A stretch of 63,692 nt of DNA, filler included, from Chiloscyllium plagiosum (GCF_004010195.1; 4 parts of one record of this genome joined end to end with filler, not necessarily neighbours in it), one strand, 5' to 3'; shown: positions 1-13,842, numbered from the whole stretch's first letter. Notes: a model not told the origin generated them from the letters alone. Translations and numbers: made by a program.

Positions 1-733
1 ATCCACGCCTTAAGTTCACCGACCTTATTTCTGATACTCCTTGCGTTGTAGTATACACACTTGAACCCATCTCTGTGTCCGTAAGTATTCCCTGTCAGTG
101 CTACCTTCTCCACAGCCTCCCTACAGTCTTGGGCATCCTGACACACAGCTAGTTTACTTGCTGGACTACAAGTCCGGATCCCATCCCCCTGCCAAATTAG
201 TTTAAACCCCCCCGAAGAGTGCTAGCAAACCTACCCTCCAGGATATTGGTGCCCTTCTGGTTCAGGTGCAACCCGTCCTGTTTGTACAGGTCCCACCTTC
301 CCCAGAATGCAGTCCAATTGTCCAAATACCTGAAGCCCTCCCTCCTACACCATCCTTGCAGCCACGTGTTCAACTGCACTGTCTCCCTATTCTTTGCCTC
401 ACTGTCACGTGGCACCGGCAACAACCCAGAGATGATGACTCTGTCCGTACTAGCTTTTAGCTTCCAGCCTAACTCCCTGAGCTCCTGAATGATCTCCCCA
501 CCCCTCTTCCTACCTATGTCGTTGGTGCCAATGTGCACCACGACTTCTGGCTGCACACCCTCCCCCTTAAGGATTCTGAAGACACAGTCCAAGACGTCTC
601 GGACCCTGGCACCCGGGAGGCAACAAACCATCTGAGAGTCTCGCCCATGTCCACAGAACCGCCTGTGTGTCCGTCTAACTATAGAGCCTCCTATAACTAG
701 CGCTCTCCTCCTCTCCCCATTTCCCTTTTCCTT
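1..733 (-). mobile_element. CR1-type LINE fragment containing the 3' part of ORF1 (SGNH/GDSL esterase domain) and the sequence following its stop
   Basis: ORF 197..775(-) has the SGNH blocks LVIGGSIVR (GDS block, D->G), CLPGARV, VVVHIGTND and DGLHLN, and ends ...GGLN* (GGTTTAAACTAA) as CR1 ORF1s typically do. The first ~14 aa of the called ORF are flanking DNA. Confidence 0.85.
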
Positions 734-1245
734 GGACGTGAAGTTTTCCTCATCTGTATGACACAAAATATTCACTGCACAATCCTAAGCCATCTGGAAG
801 CAGAGTAAAAGTGTTTTTAAAATACACTTCAAAACATCCTTCCCAATAGATAAAGTCCCCAGTAATTTTTTTTAATTAACCACTAATCCTAGTCTGTCTT
901 TGCTGAGGACACTGACTTCTACCCATCCCTAGTGCTTATGAGTGTAACAGCCATAAAATAAACCATGAACATGATCCAAGACCATAAATATCTCTAACAG
1001 ATAGAGAGAAGGCATAAAAGCTGAAGAATACTCTGGTTAGGGAACATTGTCAGCAGTAGCCACCATGACTGTGTTGACTGACAAAAAAGTTCTCTAAATT
1101 ACTGTAATTGCAATAACAGACCACTGGTAATCTGATGATTTCAAATCTATAAGTGTGAGGGGCTGAGAAGAAAGTTCATTTTGGTACTTCCTTCAGCCTG
1201 TGGTAGTGGATGGAGTAATTGTTTTAAGTAATGGATGAGATTTGA

Positions 1246-1331
1246 AAAATGTGGTGCTGGAAAAACACAGCAGGCCAGGCAGCATCCGAGGAGCAGGAGA
1301 ATCGACGCTTCGGGCATAAGTCCTTCTTCAG
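1246..1331 (-). mobile_element. Penelope-like element terminal fragment with a degenerate hammerhead motif
   Basis: Same repeat as 13812-13949 and 63571-63692. Minus strand reads CTGAAGA-A-GGACTTATGCCC-GAAGCGTC. Confidence 0.7.
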
Positions 1332-1392
1332 TATATTTCTCACTGAAACAAACTTAGTTGGTGTGCCCACTATAGTGGGTGCAGTGGTCTCT

Positions 1393-3625
1393 GAACATAA
1401 TAACATAAGAACTAGGAGCAGGAGTAGGCCGTCTGGCCCTTCAAACCTGCTCTGTCATTCAATAAGATCATGAATAATCTTTCATGGCCTCAGCTCCACT
1501 TACTTGCGTTTTCACCATATCCCTTAATTCCTTTATTTTCCAAAAACGTATCTACCTTAGCTTTAAAAGTGATTACTGAAGTAGCGTCAACTAGTTCCCT
1601 GGGCAGGGAATTCCATAGATTAACAACCCCCTCTGGGTGAAGAAGTTTCTTCTCAGTTCAGTTCTAAACCCGCTTCCTCTAATCTTGAGGCCATGCCCTC
1701 TTGTCCTAGTCTCACCTACCAGTGGAGACATCCTATCTCTTTCTATTTTGTCGATTCCCTTCATAAGTTTACATGTTTCTATAGGGTCCCTCCTCATTCT
1801 TCTGAATTCCAATGAATATAATCCCAGTCTACTCAGTCACTCCTCATAAGCCAACCTCCTCAACTTCAGAATCAACCTAGTGAACCTGCTCTGCACCCCC
1901 TCCAGTGCCAGTATATCCTTTCTCAAGTAAGGAGACCAAAACTGCACACAGTACTCCAGGTGCGGTCTCACCAGCACCCTGTACAGCTGTAACATTACCT
2001 CTCTGCTTTTAAACTCAATCCCTTTAGCAATGAAGGACAAAATTCCTTTTGCCTTTCTAATTACCTGTTGTACCTGCAGACCAATTTTCTGTGATTCATG
2101 CACAAGGACACCCAGGTCCCTCTGCACAGCAGCATGCTGCAACTTTTTACCATTCAAGTAATAATCTATTTTGCTGTTACTCCTAACAAAATGTATGATT
2201 CACATTTACTAACATTGTATTCCATCTGCCAGACCTTTGCCCATCACCCAACGTATCTATGTCCCTCTGCAAAGTTTCACAATCCTCTGCACACTTTGCT
2301 CTGGGACTCATCTGAGTGTCATCAGCAAATTTTGACACTGTACACATGGTCCCCAATTCCAAACCAGCTATATAAATTGAAAATAATTGCAATACCAACA
2401 CCGATCCCTGAGGCACACCACTAATCACTGATTGCCAGCCAGAATAGCACTCATTTATCCCCACTATTTGTTTCCTGTCAGTCTACTAATCCTCTATCCA
2501 ATCTAAAACTCTACCCTGAACATCATGCATCTTTATCTTATGCAGTAGCCTCATGTGTGGCACCTTTTCAAAAGCCTTTTGGAAATCTAGGTACACCACA
2601 TGTACTGGGTCCCCGTTATCCACCTTGCTCAAAATGTCTTCATAGAATTCCAAAGTATTTGTGAAGCATGACTTGCCCTTCATGAGCCCATGCTGCGACT
2701 GTATAATGGGACAATTTCTTATGAGATGCTCTGCTATTTCTTCCTTGATAATAGACTCAAGCATCTTCCCCACTACAGAGGTTAAGCTCACTCGCCTATA
2801 ATTCCCCATCTTTTGTCTACTTACCTTTTTAAACTGTGGCATCACATTTGCTATTTTCCAATCTGCTGGGACTGCCCCATAGTCCAGTGAATTTTGGAAA
2901 ATTATCGACAGTCCACCTGCTTTTTCTCCTGCCATCTCTTTTAGTACCCTGAGATGCATTCCATCAGGGCTAGGAGATTTATCTACCATTAGCTCCATTA
3001 GCTTACCCAACACTAGCTCTTCTGTAATAAAAATTATTTCCAGGTCCTCACCTACCTTCGTCTCTTCGTCACTTACTGGCATGTTATTAATATCCTCCAC
3101 AGTGAAGACCGATGCAAAGTACCTGTTCAATGCCTCAACCATTTCATCATATCCCATAACTAACTGACCCTTCTCATTCTCTGAAGGACCAACGTTTACT
3201 TTAGCCACTCTTCTTTGTTTTATATATTTATAGAAACTTTTGCTATCTGTCTTTATATTCTGTGCTAGTTTTTTTTCTCATACTCTATCTTACTTTTCTT
3301 TATAGCTCTATTTGTGACTTTCTGTTGATCTTTAAAGTTTTCCCAATCTTCTAGATTCCTGCTGTTTTTAACCACTTCACTTTGATGGCCTGCCTTATTT
3401 CCTTAGACACCCATGGCAGATTGCCCCTTTCCTTACAGTCCTTCTTTCTTACTGGAATATATTTTTGCTGAGCACTTTGAAAAATTTCTTTGAAGGGCCA
3501 TCACTGCTCGTCAACTGTCGCATGATAAAGTCTCTGTTTCCAGTCTACTTTAGCCAGGTCCGCCCTCATTCTATCATAGTCCCCCTTATTCAAGCACAGT
3601 ACCCTGGTATTGGATTTTATCTTCA
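1393..3625 (-). mobile_element. 5'-truncated CR1 LINE, ORF2 (RT) with stops and frameshifts, plus 3' tail
   Basis: Fragments KSPSPDGMHLRVLKE, VYLDFQKAFEKVPH, SGVPQGSVL, SKFADDT, LVRPHLEYCVQFWSPY and RNFFTQR. Short-repeat tail at ~1393-1410. Confidence 0.92.
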
Positions 3626-3629
3626 AACT

Positions 3630-4110
3630 ACCCAGCAACTATGTGCCTGAGGACTTGGCCAGTAGTGCAGTTACTGAGTCATTCCTGGCAATGGATGTTG
3701 AAATTCTCCACCTCTAATACATTCTGCAGATTTTCCATCCATCGGTCCTTCATCCAAATGTATTTAATCATTGAGGGAAGGTAGTAGGTGCTACTTGGTA
3801 GATTTCCTTTACTCATGTTTGACCTGATACCATGAGACTTCATAGGGTCTGGAGTCAATGGTGAGATCTCTAGAGGTCACATTTAAGCAATTGTTTCAGA
3901 TTGTGCCACCAGCTCTCATGGGTCTTGCCCCGCTAATGGGACAGGCAATACTCACAGATGGTGTTGGAAGATTCCAGAACAGTGGCACATAGGTCTGATT
4001 CGCTGTGCATTTGTATGTAAGGCCATTGCTTGTCTTGTTTGTCAGGCTGCTATCCCAAATTTTGCACAAATCCCAGATGTTAGTGAGAGGAACTGTGCAA
4101 TATGTGCAAT
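3630..4110 (-). mobile_element. Decayed LINE (CR1-like) endonuclease fragment
   Basis: Minus strand gives HEVSWYQVKH and QNVLEVENFNIH, a decayed GDFN motif of an APE endonuclease. Confidence 0.55.
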
Positions 4111-5186
4111 GTATGCTGAGTATGATTAGAATTGCATTTATCCCTAAACTATTCATAAATTACAACAGTAATTAACTTAACTCAGTCAGTTTCTTCAGTC
4201 ATTAAACCACTAAACTCAGTTTCTAAGGCATTGCTGTGAAGGTGTTATTTAATTATTTATTCCTTTAGGATAACAAAGGCTATACTAAATATCTTTTATT
4301 TATTCATCAGTCCAAACTTGTCTTTCAATCACCTCAATCATGCACAAAGACTGCTTTCTCCCTAAAGTGTTCCTCTTCGTTCAGCTCCTTTCAGTTTTAA
4401 AAGGATGTATTTCATAACGTGCCCCCCCCCCCCACCATCTATACACTGTAATATGTGTTAATGGAGGGTACTATCCAAATTGGGGAATAATGTTTGGTTA
4501 ATTTTGCCTTCTTTCTCTCACCCTTTCTTAACCCCTCCCTTCTCTGAGAATGGCTGCCTTACTTTAGAACTGGATTCAGTTTGTGGCTTAATTGACAATT
4601 GGAACCGCAGCCATCCAAGAGACTGAGTAATAGGCATTGTGGAGGCTACAGTTCAGATGCTTCAAAAATTTAGCATGCCACTATTATCCTACAAGGAATA
4701 TATCGAAGGAAATGAGTTTTGACTGGTCTTAATTATGTCACTGGCATTGTCCAAATTAGTCAAAATTCAAATCTATCTTGAGGAGAAACACATCAGGGAC
4801 ACATACACTCATAATGGATAAGCAACCTATAATTTGAAAAAACATTGGGCAGCATTTACTCTGTGTGACAGGACTCCACCCATTTCGAGATCAAGGGGAG
4901 CCCCATGTTGCTTGTCTTCAGGATTCTTGATGCTGTTTAAGTACAATCAGGCACTAACCTAGTTCTGTATCTGGTCTTCCATGTGATCAAGGCCCGATTC
5001 AGAAAGAAATTCATCTTTGAGAGCTGTAGACCAATCATAAGAATCCAGCTCTCATTTGCCAGTATGACCAGGACAGGTGGCTGTCACTGCACTGAAGCCT
5101 TCACATTGAAGATTGGAGATAGCTAAGTGGGCTGAATAGGACTGTATGGAAGAGATGGGGGGATTGGTTTGTGGTCTGATATTCAA

Positions 5187-5428
5187 GATTCATAGAATGC
5201 CTACTGTGTGGGAACAGGCCATTCAGCCCATATAGAGCACACCAATGCTCCGAAGAGTAGCATCCCACCCAGACCCACCCCATCAATTGCTAATCCACCT
5301 AGTCTGTACATCTTTGTGAACACACAAGAACAGGGAAAATGTGCAAACTCCACACAGAGGTCCGTCCAAGGCTGAAATTGAACTGGGCGCTGTGAAGCAG
5401 CAGTGCTAACCAACTGAAACACCATGCC
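5187..5428 (-). mobile_element. HE1-type V-SINE (tRNA-derived), degenerate
   Basis: Minus strand has a tRNA-like head, the V-domain tgtgtggagtttgcacat and a CR1-like tail. Homologous to the copies at 46.6 and 47.8 kb. Confidence 0.75.
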
Positions 5429-6546
5429 AGTTCATGACATATTATTGCTAATTTAGGAACTTGGGCTCTAAACTGGAGTACTGATATAAAGCTTTATATT
5501 GATTTATATTTCTATATATTGTGTTTTAAGAATGGGGACAAAATAGTTGTAGTTTCATTTTTGAATTAATGAACTTTGGTGCTAGTAATCTCAGGGTTCT
5601 TTCTATATGTGTTTTGGTGAGAGGTTACAGCCTTGGAGTAAGGCTAGGAGGTAGAGAAAATTGGGCTGATGTCCAGCAACAAGCTGTCCAATGACACAAG
5701 GAGACAAAGACAGAAACATCCAGAAAGTCAGCGAGATAGTCTGTGTCTGTGGGCATTAGTGAGTGGAGGTTGAAGTGCTACATTAATATAAGGGTTGGCC
5801 TTAAAAATGCTGGAAGCTGAATGTGTGGAAAAGCAATGTGTTTGCTCTGAAGGTGCAGAGATGTCAGTAAGAAGAAAGCTCCACAGCTCCCCATGGGAGT
5901 ATCAGTAAGGAACACATTCTACAAGCTTGTTGAAAACTTACGGTTAAATAATTAATGTTATATAATCAGTAATCTAAATTAGCAGCTTGTTTAAAGCCCT
6001 CAGTAGCAGATATTAAGTAAAGAAAACAGTATTGACTGAATGCAGAAATTTGTCAAAAAGAAACCAATCACAGCAGTACTGGCTGAGCAAGACACTTTAG
6101 CATGGAAAGATGGATAATTCTTCCCTGTCATTTAAGTGCCTGTAGTTTTGTTGTTGAGTTAAATATTTCTTCCTATTATGTGCAACGAGTTCACTCCAGT
6201 AGTTCATCAATAAGTGTAAATTAGTTCATGTTCAGTTTTTTGCATAATAAACTTTTGTGTTCTTTTCTTAAAAGTACATTGGCAGCCTCTTATTTATATG
6301 ATCTGTGACAGATCTCCACAGTAAATGAAAAGAAAAAAATAAAACATATTGTCTATCAAGGCATGTCATTACTCTGGTATCTGACTTGTCAAGTGAGACC
6401 ATCAGCTGGATTTTGAAAAGACATTTACAACCAACCTGACTGAAATTCACCCATTTTGATTTCCCTCATAAATAATGAGAAAGGAGATCTGTATGTGACT
6501 GTTAAGGAGTACGCAAGAAAAACTCATAAATAAACTGCAATGAAAC

Positions 6547-8225
6547 CCTACTACTTTGGATTTGTCTTCACTAGTGAGAAGGATGAGGTAGGTATAGAAA
6601 TCAGGGAGAACATCACTGGTACAATTTTTAAACTTAGCATAGTCAGAGAGAAGGCTCTGAATGGTCAGCTTGGCTTAAAAGTAGATAAATTTTTCCGACC
6701 GGATGAAGCGTATCCCAAGTTGTGATTTGAGATAAGGGAGGAGGTAGCAGAGGTGCTTGCAAAAATTTTCAATTCCTCTCTGGCCACAGGAGAGGTACCA
6801 GAGGACTGGAAGATACCTCATGTGGTACCCTTATTCAAGAAAGGTACAGGTGATAAATCAGGAAACTACAGACCAGTCAGTCTAAGCACAGTCGTGAGTT
6901 AACTATTGGAATCAATTCCAAGGGACAGGCATTTGGAGGAACATTAATCAAGAACAGTCAGCGTGGTTTTGTTAAGGGGAGGTCATGTTTGACTAACTTG
7001 ATTGAATGCTTTGAAGAGTTGACCAGGTGTATAGATGAAGGCAATGTTTTTGATGTAGTCTATTTGGACTTTAGCAAGGCTTTTGATAATGTGCCACATG
7101 GGAGACTAATGGCAAAGTTTAGAACCCCTGGGATCCAAGGCAAATTTGGCAAATTGGATGTACAATTGACTGAGTGGCAGGAAGCAGAAGGTAATGGTTA
7201 AGGGGTGTCTTTCTGACCCGAGGTTTGTGTCCATTGGGGTCCCAGAGAGGTCAGTGTTGGGGTCCTTGCTATTTGTGGTTCATTTGAACGATTTAGACTT
7301 GAATGTAGGTGGGTTGATCAGTAAGTTTGCAGATGATACAAAAAATGATGGGTTGGTAATCAATGAGGGGGATAGCATTTAAAATTAGCATGGTCAGCCA
7401 GAAGGCTCGAGTGGTCTGATAGGCTTAAAAGTAAATAAATCTTCCCAACCCGAGGATATGGTTGGGCTGGTCAGATGGCCTGATCAGTGGCAAATGTAAT
7501 TCAATCTGGATAAATGTGAGGCGATACATTTGGGAAGGACACACAAGGCAAGGGAATATGTGATGAATGGTAGGACCCTGTGAAGCACCAAGAATCAAAG
7601 AAACATTGATATGCATGTACACCAACCCTTCGAAGTATCAGTACAGGTGGGAAAAATGGTTAAGAAGGCATATGGTGTACTTTATTAGTTGAACCATAGC
7701 ATTTAGAGCAGGGAGATTATGTTGGAACTGTATAAAATGTTGGTTCGGCCGTAGTTAGTTTTGTATGTAGTTCCGGAATCCACTTTACAGGAGGGATGTG
7801 ATAGCATTAGAGAGGCTACAGAGGGGATTTGCCGGGATATTGCCTAGGATGGAGAGTTCCAGTTATGAAGAGAGATTGGACAGACTAGTGTTGCTTTCCT
7901 TAGAGCACAGGAGATTGAAGGACAACATGATTAAAATGTATAAAATTATGAGGGGCATAGATAGTGTAAACAGGAAGAAACTTTTCCCTTTGATGGAGGA
8001 ATCAATGCCGGTGGGGGGGGGGGGGGAATAAGGTTTAGAGGAGATGTGACAAAAAACCTTTTCATCCAGAAGGTGGTGGAAATCTGGAACTCACTGAATT
8101 TAGATGTACACTTGTGATGCCAAGGTTAAGTGTTGGAAAATGGGATTAGAATAGTTAGATGGTTGTGTTTGACTAGCATGGGCATGATAGGCTGAAGTGT
8201 CCTTTTCAGTGCCGTACATCTCTGA
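6547..8225 (+). mobile_element. CR1 LINE ORF2 fragment, decayed
   Basis: VYLDFSKAFDNVPH, GVPERSVLG, ISKFADDTK and SYEERLDRL across broken frames. Confidence 0.9.
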
Positions 8226-8284
8226 TTCGGCCACATTTATAGCACTGTGAACAGATTTAGTCTCAAAGTTGTTAAATGAAGAGA

Positions 8285-8770
8285 TGGAGACATTGGAGGA
8301 CGTGCACCAACATTGATTAGAATGACCTCAGGACTGAGAGGTTATACCTATCAGTACAGAATTTCTGTACAAAAGAGAAGACTGAAGATAACCTAATAAG
8401 GATCTTTAAGATCACAAAAGGTTTTGACAGGATATTGTAATAAAGCCATCAGAACTTTCTCAACCATTTTGACTTGCAGGACACAGCAGAAGCACAGCCT
8501 ACAAGAATAGAGGAGTCAATCATAAGTCCAACTGGGGATGGAATAGAATCTTCCTTACTTGTGCAGAGAGTAGTGAAAATGGAGAACTCCCCATCACAGG
8601 GAGGGGAAAGCATGGATGCATCCAAAGGAAAACTCCTTAAACATATGCGGAGAAAGGAACAAAGGATAAATTAGTGGAGTTTAGTTGAAGTGACTGGGAG
8701 GAGGTTCATGTGGAGCATAAACACTAGTGTGAATCTATTGGGTCAAATTACCTTGATGTGCTGCAAATAA
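8285..8770 (+). mobile_element. Old CR1 3' fragment
   Basis: Degenerate similarity to the CR1 C-terminus and 3' UTR of neighbouring copies. Confidence 0.5.
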
Positions 8771-8862
8771 CTTGTAATATTTTGTAATTACAACTAAATG
8801 GCAGAAATATTTAACAATTATGTTGTTTTGATATTTACCAGGAAACTAACAGGTGGACATGA

Positions 8863-10100
8863 CATAGAACATAGAACATTACAGCGCAGTACAGGCCCTT
8901 CAGCCCTCGATGTTGCGCCGCCCTATCATACTAATCTGAAGCCCATCTAACCTACACTATTCCATGTACGTCCATTTGCCTGTCTAATCACGTCTTAAAT
9001 GCACTTAAACTTGGCGAATCTACTACCGATGCAGACAAAGCATTCCATACCCTTACTACTCTCTGAGTAAAGAAACTACCTCTGACATCTGTCTTATACC
9101 TATCTCCCCTCACTTTAAAGTTGTGTCCCCTCGTGTTTGCTGTCCCCATACTTGGAAAAAGGCTCTCCCTGTACACCCTATCTAACCCTCTGATTATCTT
9201 GTATGTCTCTATTAGTCACCTCTCTACCTTCTTTTCTCTAACGAGAACGGCCTTAAGGCCCTCAACCTTTCCTCATAAAACATTCCTTCCGTACCAGGCA
9301 ACATCCTAGTAAATCTCCTCTGCACCCTTTCCAAAGCTTCCACATCCTTCTTATAATGTGGTGACCAGAACTGTGCACAATACTCCAAGTGTAGCCATAC
9401 CAGAGCTTTGTACAGCTGCAGCATAACCTCCTGGTTCTGGAACTCAATCCCTCTATTAATAAAGGCCAAAACACTGTATGCCTTCTTAACAACCCTGTCA
9501 ATCTGGGTGGCAACTTTCAGGGATCTGTGTACAAGCCCAGTACTTTGCATTCTAATTACTCCGGCTAAAGTGTATCACCTCACACTTGTCCATATTAAAC
9601 TCCATTTGCCACCTCTCAGCCCAGCTCTGCATCCTATCTATGTCTCTCTGCAACTTACTACATCTTTCATCACTATCCACAACTCCACCAACCTTAGTGT
9701 CATCCGCAAATTTACTAACGCACCCTTCTAAGCCCTCATCCAAGTTATTTATAAAAATGACGACCAGCAGTGGACCCAATACCGACCCTTGCGGTACGCC
9801 GCTAGTAAGTGGACACCAAGATGAACATGTTCCATCAACTACAACCCTCTGTTTTCTTTCAGCAAGCCAATTACAGATCCAAACTGCTATGTCTCCCACA
9901 ATCCCATTCCTCAGCATTTTGTATAATAGCCTACTGTGGGATCGAACGCCTTGCTGAAATCCATATACACCACATCAACCGGTTTACTCTCATCTACCTG
10001 TCTGGCGACTTTGTCAAAAAACTCAATAAGATTCGTTAGGCACGACCTACCCTTCACAAAACCGTGCTGACTGTCCCTGATCAGATTATTCTTTTCTAGA
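8863..10100 (-). mobile_element. CR1 LINE 3' part, with internal deletions
   Basis: TSGVPQGSVLGP, SKFADDTKVGG, HLEYCAQFWSPHY and GSFFTQRVV. (CATAGAA)n tail at 8863-8878. Confidence 0.92.
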
Positions 10101-10482
10101 TTTTCTAGACATTGGTAAAGAGACTGAAGGTAGAAATAGGAGAGATAATTGTTAAATCAGTTAAACTTAAGAGCTGATAAAACCTCTGGTCTGGATGAGT
10201 TGCATCAGAGCATATAAGAAAATAAGGACAAGGCAGTAAAAATGTTTTATAAAACTTGAAAATTTTAAAGAGCAGAAAAGAGAAAGACAGAGAGCAAAGA
10301 TGTCTTTTAGATTGAAAAGGAAAAAATGAACACTGCCAATGAACTCCAAATTAGTTAGCTTAAGGCTGGTGGGAACAAAGATGCCAAATTCTGACCTAAA
10401 GATATACAAGAAAATTTTCTCAAAAAGCAAAATTTTGTGCAGTAGCTGAATTAAATTTCGAATTTCAACAAGGCCCCTCCAA

Positions 10483-10810
10483 GGGGAATTGGTGACAATA
10501 ATGATTAATGCCATTGGACAAACAATCCAGAACCCACGGTTAATGTACTGGGTGTAGGTGCGAATTGTACCAAAGTAGAACATGAAATTTGAATTCAACA
10601 AAAATCTGAAACAAAAAGATTAATGGTAACCGTGCAAGACTGTTGTAAAAATCTATTTGGTTCACTAATATCCTTTAGGAAATGAAATCCGGCCTACACA
10701 TGACTCCAGACCCATAGAAATAAATTTGACTCTTAACTGCCCTATGGGCAATTAGGGTCAGGCAGTAAATGCTGGCTTCATGAGCAAAGTCCACATTTCC
10801 TGAGTAAATA
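10483..10810 (+). mobile_element. tRNA-derived SINE with a Meta-domain-like core
   Basis: Core tggttcactaatatcctttagga...tgactccagaccc...tgactcttaactgccc, shared with 11325-11655 and 18229-18542. Confidence 0.6.
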
Positions 10811-11324
10811 TTTTAAAAGCTGTAAACTAGATTCATGAATAAGGTCAAAGAGTATGTGAAGTCAGGAGGCAAATAGAAGAATGGATACAAATTGATCACA
10901 AAGATATTAAGACTAGCCACCCAACAAGTGGATGGCAAGAAGTGGCACTATACTTTCTGGTGTAATCTACCTCACAAGCATCTATCAATTGGTATGCCAT
11001 TAATTGTTTCATAGTGAGACTTCCGCCCTACCTGAGGCATCAGATTTGAATTATGGTCACTGCTGGAACTACAGCCAATCCCCAAAGAAGAGGAGGCTAT
11101 GTAGGCAAGATTTAAGCTGTCATCAGCAGAGACCAGCAATAGGAGTTACAGGGTGAAAACCTGAGTTTAATATTCCTGAGGGGTGGATTAAAGAGACGTT
11201 ACGGTTATGAGGGAGGGAGTGCCTCTAACAGCAGGCACAGGGAATCCACAAATATGGTCTCCAGTAATACTAGCCTGACACCAGCCCACCTAGTTGAAGC
11301 TGCTAGGTTACATGCTGGGTGTGG

Positions 11325-11655
11325 GCCTTCTAGGTCAGCATTTATTGCCCATCCATAATTACCCAGAAGGCAGTTCAGAGTCAACCACATTGTTCTGGAT
11401 CTTGAGTCACATTGACACCAAGATTAGGTGAGGATGGCGGGTACCCTCCCTGAAGGACATTAGTGAACCAGATCGGTTTTCTCCTGACAATGGATACATG
11501 GTCATAATTAGACTCATTACACTTTTAATTCCAGATTTTTATTGAATTCAAATTTCACCATTCTGACAGAATTCGAACCCAGGTCCCAGGAACATTACCT
11601 GGGTCTCTGGATTAACAGTCCAATGATAATACCAAGAGGATGTGGCCTCCTCCCC
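11325..11655 (-). mobile_element. tRNA-derived SINE with a Meta-domain-like core
   Basis: Minus strand has the B box GGGTTCGAAT and the core ctggttcactaatgtccttcaggga. Confidence 0.7.
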
Positions 11656-13180
11656 TCACCTCCTGCTGCAGGTAAAATAGTAGCAGTGGCAAAATTAGGC
11701 ATTTAAGTAAATATTACATGACAACTGAAAGGCTTCATTGGGCCCAAGGGCAGTCAGGCAACACTGAGACTTCAAAATGAGATATAGATATTGGTTGGAC
11801 AGTAAAGCACGGGTTGCACTTCGCAAGACCCCTCCACCTTTCAACATAGCAAGCAAGGGAGCACGAAGTGTCGCTTGTACTGTTCCATAATGATGGGTGC
11901 TAGCATCACTATCGTTCATTATTTACATAAATGATTAGGATTTTGGAACAGAACATAATGCATCAAAATTGGCAATTCACATCAAATTAAGGGGTTTAGA
12001 TCACAAGGAGGAAGACTGTGACAAAGTACAAGACAATTAATGACTGACATTTCAACACTTATTTTCTAAGGAATATATGGTCCCCTTATTCCTCCCACTC
12101 AAATACATTACCACATAAATATTTGTATTGGAATACATTTGCCACTTAAACCCCCAATCTACAAGTTTAACATATTCTTGTATTTTATCATTGTTTTCCT
12201 CAGTACTAAATGCACAGTCTTGGGTGCTGTTTTCAGTGGTTGTTTTTCCAAGCATTTTGACATAAACCTATTTGAGTCAGAAAATAGTAGGGGACAGAAA
12301 TGAAATGCACACATGTTCTACATGTTCTGCCAGTCAACAGTTCGAACATGGGAAATGTCCAAAAACTGAATTTGAAAATTGTTACTGTGAGTCTCAAACG
12401 ATGATGGGTTTCACCTCTTCTAATGTTTAGGCTGCTTGTATAATGAAGCCATCAAATCAGATCATCAGGTATTCTCTCCAATGGAGTTCAACACATCAAA
12501 TACATGCAGGAAGCATGTATAGTGGAGCTTACAACACTTATCACACTTACACTTTAGGCACCCATAACACCTGTGCTTTAAGCATTGTAATGTTATTAGG
12601 CTTCTGAGCAAAACAATTTTAATGCAGACACCCACACACACATTTATGAAAATAATTTGAGGCTTTGAGACTTTCAGACATGTGCCTGGAATTTTGATAG
12701 GAACATACCCATTTTTTTGAGCAGTAAACAAGTGCCAAAATCTCCAATATGGTATGTAGCACACACAGGCATTTCCAGATTGGAGCATGCTGCCTCCTAC
12801 ATTGGATCAGGCTTCTTCACTGCTGTCAAGAATATGCAGCTTTTAAAACAATTGATGTGTGATTAAGTGTCCTGCTCTTCTTAAAGGACCAATTTTGGTC
12901 TACCCTAGGGCCTGCCTTCCAAATACTGAATTCAATTGACACTCAGCAGAAGGACCCTTCATCAGTAGTATTGGAAGGGATTAAACTGTGCTTACAGTTT
13001 GTTATTGCAAGCTGCTGGTTAATCTCTGTGCTTATCATTTTTTTTCTGGAAAGTTCAGGTTAACTGCCGAGAGGATTTTGTTAACGTTGCAGCTGTTGGC
13101 TAGTTTGTAAATAGTTTGAATGCAGTGATTGGTAGTTTGGTGGTGTTGCCTTTGGGACTGAAGATAAGGCAGGCAGCAAG

Positions 13181-13563
13181 GAATTGAATTGAGTTGAATT
13201 GAATTTATTGTCACCTGTACCGAGGCACAGTGAAAGGCTTTATCTTACGAGCAATACAGGCAGATCACAGAGTTAAGTAGCCTAGATAAGTAAATAATAG
13301 GTAAACAGCGGCAAAAACAAAAACACAGCTATAGGCGAATATTAAGAGTTTGCGAGTCCATTCAGTATTCTAACCACAGTAGGGTAGAAACTGTAATAAA
13401 ACCGGCGAGTGCATGTGTTCAAGATTGTGGACCTTCTCTCCGATGGTAGAGATTATAGAAAAACAGTGCCAGGGTGGGATGGATCTTTAAGAATGCTGGC
13501 GGCCTTTCCTTCACAGCGAGCCTGGTAGATGGATTCTATAGATGGGAGGTTGGCCTTTGTGAC
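13181..13563 (-). mobile_element. Rex1/Babar-clade LINE 3' end
   Basis: Minus-strand peptide LPSIESIYQARCEGKAASILKDPSHPG matches the Rex1-type C-terminal motif. AATAAA and a (TTCAA)n tail lie at 13181-13209. Confidence 0.7.
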
Positions 13564-13842
13564 AGCAGAGAGCAGGAGCATTTGTGACAGAGCATGATAC
13601 AGTGCAGGAGAGCATATAACATGTGCATTCTGGATTAGTGGTGCTGGAAGAGCACAGCAGTGGATCTTTAAGAATGCTGGCGGCCTTTCCTTCACAGCGA
13701 GCCTGGTAGATGGATTCTATAGATGGGAGGTTGGCCTTTGTGACAGCAGAGAGCAGGAGCATTTGTGACAGAGCATGATACAGTGCAGGAGAGCATATAA
13801 CATGTGCATTCTGGATTAGTGGTGCTGGAAGAGCACAGCAGT
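13481..13842. repeat. 181-bp direct tandem duplication
   Basis: 13481-13661 is repeated at 13662-13842, apparently identically. Confidence 0.9.
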
